Shown: positions 41,743 through 52,900 of the stretch, one piece after another
Numbering within the stretch: the first letter of the stretch is position 1
How the letters are laid out: the number at the start of each line of letters is the position of its first letter
Assembly (NCBI RefSeq): GCF_009914755.1
Contig: NC_060925.1
From: the human T2T-CHM13v2.0 reference genome, Homo sapiens
Length of the DNA stretch: 64,000 bases
Strand: one strand, 5' to 3'
Notes under the pieces: generated by a model
What the model saw: the letters and a program-made list of their open reading frames with translations, nothing else
Told to the model about the DNA's origin: nothing
Databases searched by the model: none
Program-made: the position numbers and the translations under genes

Positions 41743-42907
41743 GCCATCACCAGTATACACCACTCTGGAGACCAGCTCTAGCCACTTGGCAGGGCTCCAA
41801 GAAATAGGTCTCAGCGGTACATTTTGATGAAAGAGAGGGAATTTCACTTTATTTATATATTATTTATGCCCAGTACTTTTAGGAAGTATTTGAGATAGCA
41901 ACAGCACTGATACATTGAAATAGGCTAAAAGAACAAGAGCCAGTGGGTGGGAGATAACTGAGCAAGAATATACACGTACACTGAGCAGAGCTCCTGCTGA
42001 TGACAGGACCGCAGATCCCAGCAGCCTGGCACACCCAGCTCAGAGAAAGCCTGTTCTTTGCTGGGGCCCGCAGGGAGCCAGGTATCAGGACAGATTTCTG
42101 AGACACGAAAGGTGCAGGTCTCCAGCTCCCGCTTGGCTGGGCCTGTGCAGGGTGAGGAGCTGGGCTGCCTTCCCCAAAGCGGTTTGGCAGGTGCTGGGAC
42201 ACAGCAGGGGCCCATGTGGGCCTGGCTGAACGTCCTCAGAGGGTGGGAAAACAGGCAGGTGAGAGTGGCCAGGTTCCTGGACGTGACCCTAAGCAGCAGG
42301 CGCTAGAGCTGACGAGAACAGCCCATGTGGAGCGTGCAGCAAGGCCCAGATGGGAGCAGCCCATGTGGAGAGTGGAGCGAGGCCCAGCAGAGTTCGGCGC
42401 CGCCCTCCCGTTCCTCCTCCCTCCCATTCTTCCTCCCTCCCTTCCATTTCCCCTCACCCGCCCCGCCCCCTGCGCCGCCGTGCCCCTCACCCGCCCCCTG
42501 CGCCAACGTGCCCCTCACCCACCCCTGGCCTTCTCTGACTTGAGATTCATGACTTGGATCAACTCTTTCTCTAAATCTAAATTTACCTTATTATCAATTT
42601 TTAGCTATTATTCCATTTTATGCCCACTAATTTATTAATCTTGGAACCCCCAAAAACAATAAAGCTGAAGCTCCAGATATTTTATTTATATCTTTCAACA
42701 TGATTTTTATGGCTTTTTATCTAAAAATTCATTGAATTTTTATTGCCCTCCTCACTCATGTCGTCGTTAGGCCGGCGGCCGCTTTATTTAGATGTTTCCC
42801 CTGCAGATACTTGGGGGCCCCAACAGGAAGGAGCTCAGGTGAGGGGAGGTGGGTGGGGGCAGAGGCACGGGTGCCAGCCTCCTAGGGGACTACTAGGTTA
42901 GGTCCCC

Positions 42908-42970
42908 TGCCCCTCAGTGTCCCCGGGCCAGGCTGTGTCCCATGCCCCTCAGTGTCCCCGGGCCAGGCTG
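42908..42970. repeat. 28-bp exact direct repeat, period 35
   Basis: tgcccctcagtgtccccgggccaggctg at 42908-42935 and 42943-42970. Confidence 0.92.
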
Positions 42971-43689
42971 CACACCTCCCTGGTTCCTTTCTGGAGCACA
43001 CACTGTTCTCCGCGACTCTTACCTCTGCTCCCATTTTGCCTTCCAGCTTGCAAAAGGGCCTATGCTGCAAAAGCAATCTAGAACATTCCTCAGAGAGGCT
43101 GGGGGAGCCTCCAGCTTGAAGACCCAGTGTCCCTCTCTCCATGACCCCCCTGCAGAGTTTCTCACTGGTCTTCATCCAGACCGAGGGGCCCTCCTTCCTG
43201 TTCCCCATTCGACGGCACACCTGTCCTCCCTCCTGAGCAGAGCTCTGGGGTCTCCAGGGTCCCCACCTGGCGGGTCTTCTTGGTGCTCTCTGCCTGCCCA
43301 AGGATCCCCCTTCCGCGGAGCTCCGGCCGACCCAGATACCCAGGGGAGGAGTCTGTCCTGTCCCCCACGGCCAGAGGCCCGCAGGCACTTTCTGCCTCAT
43401 GATGGGGTGGGGCGCCCACGTGTCCTGCGCCTGCCTGGCGCTGCCTGGTTCTTCTGGCTGTTTCCCTCACCAGCTTCCTGTCTGGGGGTGGGGACTAGGG
43501 GGTGGCGGGTGGCCAGCTTTTTGACGTTTGCTGCCGTTCCTGGTTTCTATCTGCTCTTCAATCGCCTCCATCTCAAAGGAACCAACCTTCATGGCCAGAC
43601 TGGGCCACCTGGTCCCCTGTGTCCCTCCAGGGTGTGCACCAGGGCTTCTGATGAGGGAGACGGGGTTAACTCCTGCAGGCTTTGCCGGC

Positions 43690-43830
43690 CAGGGGACTGG
43701 AGTTCAGATTCTAGCTTTATCATGCCCCTGTGACCTCTGCCAAGGAAGGAATTGATGCCTCTGAGCTGCAGTTCCCACATCTGCAGAGAGGGATTCATAC
43801 TACTCTTCCTTCCAGGAGGGTGGTGAGGTC
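43690..43830 (+). mobile_element. MIR
   Basis: gactggagttcagattctagct...tgtgacct...cctctgagctgcagttcccacatctg...gggtggtgagg. Confidence 0.65.
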
Positions 43831-46820
43831 CCTGGAAGGGCTACCCTTCCTCATCCTCCTGTGTCCACTATGGCAGAAAGAGTGATTTAACATTGTGGAA
43901 GGACAGGACCAGCCAGAATGCCAAGCCAAGGGACGGCTACTCTCCCAGGGAGCCCTGGAGAATGAATTTTGGGGAGCCTTCCCGCCCCTGCCCAGAGGAG
44001 TCCCCCAAGAAAGTGCAGTGTTAAGGGGCTGTTTTCAGGAGAGCCTCTAGTCCCACTTGGGGAGCCTGGGCCTGAGCTGTGGCCGGCACCTGACTTCATA
44101 ACCTGAAGGCATCAGGGTTTGGGGATCCAGGCCAGCCCTCTTGCTGTCTGGCCTCAGTCCCCTGGCGTGGCAGGGCCACAAGCTGCTTTGGGAGACACCA
44201 TTGCAGATTGTCTTAGGAAAGAGGCCAGGCTAGAGCCCTGGTCAATGACGATCTAATATTCCAAATCTCTGCTGTGACCCAACCCTGGAGGCTGAATCAG
44301 ACTGCAATCCATTTAGCTCAAACTCGTTTTAAAGCAATTCACTATTTAACAAGTTCTGAGGCGCCATGCTTTTGCAGGCAATATGTGAATTGAATCATTT
44401 GGTCTAATCTTAGATTAATACAAACCAAATCCTTCAGCGAGGACAGTCTTGGGAGCAGCTCCAGGACTTCATCTCATTGTCTTTGATGAAGGCGGGTCCC
44501 AAAGAAGACCTGACTCTCAGCCAATGGCACGGGTGTCTGAGCGAGGACCAGGGGGTGGCCTGCTGGGGAGGAAGGAGCAAGGGCTTTGCGGTCAGATGAC
44601 GCTTGTTTGAATCCTTCTGCCTGTTCCTAGCCGGGTGACCTTAGACAAACTGCTGAGCCTGTCTAGGCTCTGGTCTTCCCCACAGATGCCTCTGTGCAAG
44701 ACACTTGTGCAACTAGAGAACTAGGGTAAGAGGAATCCATGTCATCCTCTCCTTGCCCCACACAGGATCTTGCCAAGGCCTCCCAGGATCTGCGTCTGCG
44801 TTCAGGGTACCCTGGGGAGCAATAGGGCTGCTTGGTCCTCCTCCTGTGCCTTGCTGTACCTGCTGCTGGTTAGGGAGCTCTGGAAAGTGCTGGAAGGTTT
44901 TCACTCCCACCTGCTCTTTGAGGAGCACCTACTTCTTCCTGACGTCTAGGCTTTGACAGGAAAGGAACCACATTTTTACCCCCTTCTGTGAGCCCCACAG
45001 CCCTGCCCTTGGACATCAGCGTAGCACACTCAGGCCCTGCTTCTGCTGACAGATCTGCCCTCCAGGCTGCAGGCCCCTGCTCAGGTGCTGCCCTACCCCA
45101 CTGACAGTCCTGGGCTTGCAGTCCAGGTAAGTCAAAGTCCCTCCCTGGTGCTGTCACCCCAAATCTGGAAGAGAGAGACTTTCCTGCCTCTTGGGTCACA
45201 GCCGGAAGAAGGGGACTCTGGCTACGTGCCACATGAAGTCAGCCCAACTGTAGTGGGAGAGAAACAGCGCAGGGAAGGCATACAGAGAGGAGAAATGGAG
45301 ACATGGGATGGTGAGCGGGTCAGAGCCAAAGTTCTAGTCCTGAGCCTGCACTTGAGCCATCAGTTCTCAGAGCAATCCTGAGTCCTTCCTGGAAATCTGC
45401 TTCAATACACAGAGTCTGGACCAGTGGAGAAGGGCAGCGCCATAAAATCACAGGGCCTTTGCTTCAAAGGCAAGGCCATCTGCCAGCCGCTCACTGTGGG
45501 TCCCTTAGGGGAGATTCTGCAGAACTGTGTGTGGAGTCATGCACTCGGCCCCTGCAGCTTCACCCCGCATGCGGGACGCGGATGAGAGAGCTGGGGAGGG
45601 GCCCGCCGTCCTCTCCCGTGGCGGCCCCTCTGCTTTGCATCCCTTTTGTCCACCTGGCCAATTCCCTCTCACCTTTTTTGGCTCAGCACAAATGTCACTT
45701 CCTCTTAGGTGACTTTGCTGACCTTGAATGAAAAGGGGACACTTCATCCTCCGGGCTGATCCTGCCCCCTCGGTACTCTGCCCTTAGCAACAGGGCTCTT
45801 TGATTTGGTCTCGTGTGTTTGCCCGGCATGTACACGCTCTCTATCTCTCTCCTCTACGAGACTGGGGGAGGCTGGAGGACAAGAGCTCAAGGCAGGCACA
45901 GAGCAGACAGCAGTGAAAAGTTACTCACATGGGATCTGGTCCCACACGTTCCTTGGATGTCCAAGCTACGGCCCAGCTGGTCCAGGATGCCCCGTTCTGG
46001 AGGCTGTGACTGCCCCCCCCAACCCCAGCCTGCCCCCAGTTCTGCCTCTCACCTGCTCCTGTCCCCTCATTGCTTGAGGATAGCATTAAACCCTCATCTT
46101 CTAGGTGGATTTTCCCTTCCCTTCTATGAGCTCTTTTCTTCCATCAGCTTTATACCCTGGACACATTTTAAAAACTGTTCATCTTTGTCGTGGGTACATC
46201 AGATACAAGCAAGAGTGATAAACCAAGCACCAACAAAATCTATGTTCTCTCTGATTGCCTTTGTGTAGACAGCCACTTCCCTAGCGGCAGAGAGATGGGC
46301 CCAGTGGAGTCTCTGGGGCCAGCCACAGGGGCTGTGGTGGTGTGGAGGCCACCACAGCCAGCCTAACGTGGTGCTCTCTGACCCCTACCGGTGGCCTGGC
46401 TGCTAGGACTGGGGCAGGGCTGTTTGCAGAGGAGGTAGCAGAGGGACCCTCATAAAAGAGGATTATAGATGGAGATTTGCTGGTAAACACCCCTGTCTGC
46501 CGCCCCCGCGGGTATTATCCTTGCATTAGAGAAGGTTTTAGGGAAGAGAGGGGAGGGGAGCTCAGGAATGAGCTTTGCCATCACAGGCACAGAAGGCTCT
46601 GGGGAATCTTCCCTGGTTGATTCAGGCCTGCCCAGGTAGAACAACAGGTGCCAACCTTCAAGCATACGGACTCCCCAAGTCCTCATCCCTTGAAGCCCTG
46701 ACTCCCCCAGATCGTGGCCCCTGGGGTCCCAAGCTCCCAGTGTCTTTGCCAAACATCTCTGAACTGGACCCTAACCCATGTTCTCTAGCGTGGGAGCATC
46801 GGTATAACTTTCTGCCATTG

Positions 46821-46987
46821 CTGTGCTGTCCAATGTGGTAGCCCTCGGCCACATGTGGCTGTTGAGCACTTGAAATGTGGCTGCTGCAACTGAGGAACTG
46901 AAGCTTTGATTGGATTTAATTTTACTTCATTTAAATTTGAATTCGAACAGCCGCAGTGACTAGTGGCTGCCAAGTTAGATAGCCCAG
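46821..46987. mobile_element. MER3 (hAT-Charlie MITE)
   Basis: ctgtgctgtccaatgtggtagcc...ccacatgtggctgttgagcacttgaaatgtggct...ctagtggctgcca...ttagatagcccag, with degenerate terminal inverted repeats. Confidence 0.85.
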
Positions 46988-47552
46988 CTTTAAAGACACC
47001 TGTTGAGCAATGCCAAGGATGTCTTTTCCAGTGATCCATGAAATTAGATGCTGGCCTCACATTTTCCCAGAATGGGAGGTCAACAGCAAGCCCTGGCTTC
47101 TGGGGGTTCCCTGCCTCCTTGTGGGAGGTGGACCCAAGGAAACAGCATAAAAGGGGCTTCCCTAGAAAAGGTCTTCATGGCAGACCAACTAGAAGTTCTA
47201 GGGTCATTTTGTTCCTCCAGGGGAAAAGGGCCATGCATGCTCATACTCAGGACCAGAAAACAAACATCCCAAACGAAGTACAATTGGAAAGACATTTCCA
47301 GTTTCCTTTGTGTCTGTATCATATGCAGTCCATGATCTCCCATACGCCTGGGCCATGCTCCCCTTCCCTGCCCTGCCTAAGGGCGCACAGGAAATCACAC
47401 ATATTGAGCACCTGCTATGCGAATGTCACTAGCAGTGATTTAAAATTGGGAATTTTTTGAAGGACGATATAATCCACACTTGTCCCAACCTGACAGGTCA
47501 CAGGTCAGCAAGCAATGCTCCATAGGCCAAATCCGGCCCACTACCTATTTTT

Positions 47553-47973
<421 letters not shown>

Positions 47974-48705
47974 TAACTACCTATTTTTGAACAGCTGTGA
48001 GGTAAGAATAGCTTTTACATTTTTTTTAATTGTTGAAAAATAGCCAAAAGAAGAATACTCATGACACTTGAAAATCATCTGAATTCAGATTTCTGTGTCC
48101 GTGGTAGTTTGATTGGGATGCATCCCCACCCCATTCCTCCTGCCGCTCCTCCCCTGCCCTGGCAGGGACCTAGTAACCCCCGAGGCCACCCGGCTCTCAA
48201 AGCTGGACACATCTGCTCTCTGACTCTTAGCAGGAAGTCTGCCAGCCCACAGGATGGGTGAGGTGAGGCTGCAGAGGTGAAGAGTGAAATGACCCGAGGC
48301 AGAGTCCACATCCTCCCTCCACCCGTGTGCCCACTGTCTCGCTCTGATGAGTGTTCCCAGCGTCTGCTCCTAGGCCACTGGGTCGGGGGCTCCTGGAGGG
48401 GGACCTGAGCTGGACTCCAGCTGAGCGGGGTCTTCGGAGGCAGCACAGGGAGGTTGTCCTGGTGAATGGCACTGTGTGCGGCAGAGCCTATAGGTGGGCA
48501 CATAAGGCCTCCTGGGGCCGGGGGTTCATGTGAGCAGGGACACGGGGAGGGCTGCCCTGTGGCCCGCTGTGACCTTCAGGCCCCATCTGCTCCCCGGGGC
48601 TCCATGCCCTAAGCATGCTCTGCTCAGGACGCCTTGGGTAAGTTGCTGAATCCTCTGCGGCTTCCCCCAGGCAGGGCATGGGAGGTGGAAGGAAAGGGAT
48701 GGAGG

Positions 48706-49090
48706 GTGTGTGTGTGTCAGACACAGAGACAGGGACAGGCAAGGGAAACAGAGACAGGGAGAGACAGAGAGACAGAGAAAGATGGAGAGAGATAGCAGGA
48801 GAGACAGAGACAGATACAGAAACGGAGAGAGAAATAAAGACAGACGGGGAGAGACAGATGGGGGAAATGGGAGAGAGACAGAGAGAGGACAAGACAGCTG
48901 CAGAGATGGAGAGAGAGAGAAAGAAAGAGACTGAGAAAGAGATTGAGAGACAGGGAGAGACAGAGAGAGAAAGAAGATGAGACAGATACAGAGATAGAGA
49001 AAGATAGAGACGGAAGAAGAGAGACCAAGGGACAGAGACACAGAGAGGCAAGGAGAGAGAGACAGATACAGAGATAGGAAGAGAGAAACA
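48706..49090. repeat. (TG)n followed by (GA/GAGACA)n low-complexity tract
   Basis: Directly visible. It is the source of the Ser/Leu- and Glu/Arg-rich spurious ORFs. Confidence 0.92.
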
Positions 49091-49379
49091 GATGGTGGGA
49101 GTAGGTGGGGGCAGAAATCTGCTGCGTCAGATGAGGCCGTAGAGAGCTGGCCGGGAAGGGAGGTGCCCACAACATACCAACCTATAAGTGATGTGCTTCC
49201 TTCTTGGGCCACTAAGCCATCACTGCCCAGCCTTCAGGAGCCCTCTTTGGTGTGGGACCCCCACTGCGTTTGAGGGGGCTCTGCGGCCATGCTCCCTTCA
49301 GAAACGCCACTTTCTTTTTTGAGGCATTTACTTTGAGCTGAAGGGAGCTCTTGTTTGCTGTTGGTTTCCCCTGTAATTT

Positions 49380-49920
49380 CATCTTTACTTTTTTATAAAA
49401 ATAAATAAATAAATAAGCCCTATAGTGTCATAAAAGCAATTTTGAATATTTACCAAAAAATTTTTCCTTGCTCAACTGCCATGTTAAGGGGAAGCTGCCA
49501 GGCCTTAATTCCCCAATACAACTGATTCAAAGGTTGCTTTCATCTGAAAGGTGATGTCCTCCCAGGTTTCCTATAAATACCTAGTTGCTTCCTTTCTCTC
49601 TCTTTTTGTGTATACACAAAAATAAGGGAACCCACGGCATGTACTCCCTCACACTCCCACACGCGTGTGCACCTCACACGCGGATTTATCCACGAGCCCC
49701 GGAATGTGGCTCCCTGCAGTGAAAAGCTCAACTGGGGAAACCCCAGAGGACCCTGAGAGCCTGATCAAAAAGCGCCAGGAGTTTGTACAACACAAATCAC
49801 TACAGACAAACTTGATTGCTTTTTTGATTAGTGGATAAAGGGAATGGATTCGCCACACGGCCTCATGGAATATTGTGCAATTAATCCCCAATTGGCTTGG
49901 TAATGACCTTGTCATATGGC
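49380..49920. promoter_or_regulatory. Candidate conserved non-coding element / enhancer
   Basis: Repeat-free AT-rich island with GTCATAAAA (~49427), TTCAAAG (~49526), CAATTAAT (~49878), TGACCTTG (~49903) and CATATG (~49913). Confidence 0.45.
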
Positions 49921-52900
49921 CTGGAATCTGGTGAAAAGACTGCAGAGTGAGGGCGGTGGTAGCAGCTAGAGCCTGGGGTCAGGGCTGGGCTGTAGGGTGG
50001 TTTGGGCCAAGGGGTGAATGGAAGGGGAGAGGGAATCTCCTGTCCTTCACTGGCTGCTTTTCCTGCTGCTGTGCTTCCCTCGGCAAACCCTGCTCATCCT
50101 TAAAGCTTTTGCAGCCTCCTCTGATGTCCCCTTCCGGTGACAATCACTGATGAGGGTGCACACTCACGGGGGGTCCAAGGAGCATCCCGAGGGTTCCATT
50201 GCTGCATAAGCTCTCAGCCCACACAGCCACCCGAGAGAAAGGATTAGAATCGTACCCATGGTGCAGCCTGGCAGGACAAGGACTCTCTGAGCCCAAGTCA
50301 CACATCTCCCACCCCAGGCAGGCTCCACCTCTCGCCGAGGCCCTCACAGCCACCCCGGCTCATCAGCAGGGGATTGCCGTGAGCTGCTTTCCCCACTTGG
50401 ACAGCAAAGCGCGACTCCACACAAGTCTGCTTTCCTTGAAACTGAAGCTCAACCCTTTAAGCCCTAAATGTAGAGCCATTTTTCAAGGTTGTTTTCTAGT
50501 GTGTATTAGAAGTCCTTAGCGTTCAGGGTGCCACGGGCAAAACTTAAACATTGACCGTCTCTGGAGTCCTTTCCTGGGACCTGTGTCCTGGAGCTGCCAG
50601 TGGGGAGAACTGGGATATCTTTATTCAAAAAGCCTAAGGCCCTGTGCCCTCAGGAGCCCCCATTCTGAGAAGGCAGATGGGTAAATTAACCAAATAACCA
50701 ACCATTGGGGTAGCCCAGTGTGCTGAGCCAGGCAGCATGGAAGGGGTCCCATTCCCTGTGGGCTTCCTGAGTCCCTGGGGCTCTTTGTGTAGCTTTTTTC
50801 TTTCCTCCTCTGGTACTGTTTGATGTGATCCTTGCCTATTGGGGATCTGCCTTCAGCCGCACTTCCCATCCCTCCCACCATCCAGGGACCACGCTTCTCA
50901 TCCAAGGAGACCAGGGGCATGGGATTGCCACAGTGGTTAGAGGAGTATCTAAAAATGGAGTAACCGGGTTCTGGAGTGAGGGCCCGAGGGTTCCTCTGAT
51001 TCAAATGAGTGAGCCTTGATGTAGAAATGGCAGTGTTTCTTTCATCTTAACTTCATTTTGTTTATCGGATGGTTCTGGGGCAGTTGTGGGTAGGCCAGAG
51101 AGGTGTTAGGAGGCTTCAGGGGAAAGCGGGCCTGGGCCTTCCTCTTCTTTTGTAGGTTCACAGAGGAAACACAGTTGGTGTTTGGGAAATTCTCACCTCT
51201 GAGTGTGGGGTTCAGAGATGCTGAAGCCCAGTCCAGGCAGACAGGCAGGCAATCGAGGGAGAAGTGATGGTGAAAACCAACCACGGTCTTTTCAAGTCCA
51301 AGAGAAAGTAGTGGACAGAGAATAAGACAGGTGAAGAGGGAAAGTCATTGCAAAGTCTAGAGAGGAATAGAGTGGGGAAACAGCAGATGGAAACCTCTTA
51401 TTTCAAAGGGACGAGAGAAACACCCCTCAGCCGTTGATATCTCCCTCCATTTGGCTCATCACATGAGTCAAAGTAATGAACCTGCCTGTGAGAACATGCA
51501 AATTCCAAAGGAAAGGAGATGGTGAATGTCACAGGTGGGTTGCTTGTTCATTGCAACCAAACGCTTAGACAAAAATGTCTAGACATGCGTCTCCTTCGGC
51601 AAGGAGTGAGTTATCAAACCACCAAAACAACGAAAACAAAACACCGTGTCTTGAAAACCAGAAAAGTCAAGAAAGAATATTGCTTTCTTAATAATAAATA
51701 CATTTCATGGGCAAGAATTGCAAGGGAATTGTTTAAATTAATTTCCGCTTTGTATGTTTGGTTTATACAGGGCTTAAGTCCCAGCTGACAGTGATCTGTA
51801 AAAGTTCTAACATATTGAAATCTGATTTTCTTGCAGCCAGAATCGCATAGTCCAAAATGATTTCTCTGTCAACTCTGCTAATCAGACAGGCAGGGCTCCG
51901 ATGGACTCCTAGTTCAACCAAATTGCACCCGCTCTTTTGGGGGTGTAAATAATAGCTGATGAAAGCTTTAAAGCAGAGCTGGTGGCATTTCTCTCTGGAG
52001 AGCTGGTTCAAGGGTATGGGGACAACAGTGAGATTAAAATGAGCAAGGAGAGGTGGGGGAGGCCTTTTCCCACCTGGCAGATGTCCTGTGTGGCTCTGAG
52101 GAACTTTCCTCCCCTCTATGCCCCACCCCTTCTAGAGCGGATGCAGTGGGAAGCCAGGGGAACTCTGAAGCTGATGGAAGGGAGATCATTCCAGTCTGGA
52201 ATCAGAGGCACCAAAAGAAAAGCTTTGCCCCTGGCTTTGGTGGGGGCCCCCATCACTGGGTGCCTTGAGACTTCCCTCTCCAAATTGATGACCTGCTCAA
52301 GGCTGGGCCCCTCCCTCCCACTCAGACCTTCCAGCTGGATTGCAAGAGGGACCTGATCAATGGTTCTCCTTAGGCCCCTTTCTCCATCTCACCAGCAAGC
52401 CTGGCCCACGGTGCCCAGCTCTACACACGCAGGCAGCACCAGAGAATCAGAGCAGGGCGGCCTTCCTCACCAACATGCCAGCCCCAATGACCCCACCCAC
52501 TGGTCAACTCTGCTCACCTGGGTCTAGGTGATGGGCCCCTGAGAGCCATCCCGACCCACAGTCCACCCTTCCTGACCTTGACTTTCCACCCACCTTCTCC
52601 AACCTGGCTCTGGCTGTTTTCCAAAACCAAATCCATCTGCAAAAGATGCAGGATTACTTAACAAATATATGAATAAACAGTAGGCAAAGTCAACAAGCAG
52701 GGATGCACAAGAGGCCCCACAAGCTCTAGAAGCCCATCCTGGGAAGTGCCGCCCCACCCTGTCCCCCCTGGTTGGGCTCGTACCGGCCAGGGCCCCCTGG
52801 CCAGGAAAGGTCTGTAGCATGTATGTTTCATGTGTTTAATGAATTCTGTAACCATCAGCCATTCCCTGTACCCCAAAGGGTCTTAACCTAGGCTCTAGGA

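Noticed and set aside
42942-43733. 263-aa ORF
   Set aside because: It starts inside a short direct repeat, ends in a MIR, is Pro/Gly/Ser-rich and resembles no protein I recognise.
48488-49212. Ser/Leu-rich and Glu/Arg-rich ORFs
   Set aside because: Products of the (GA)n low-complexity tract.
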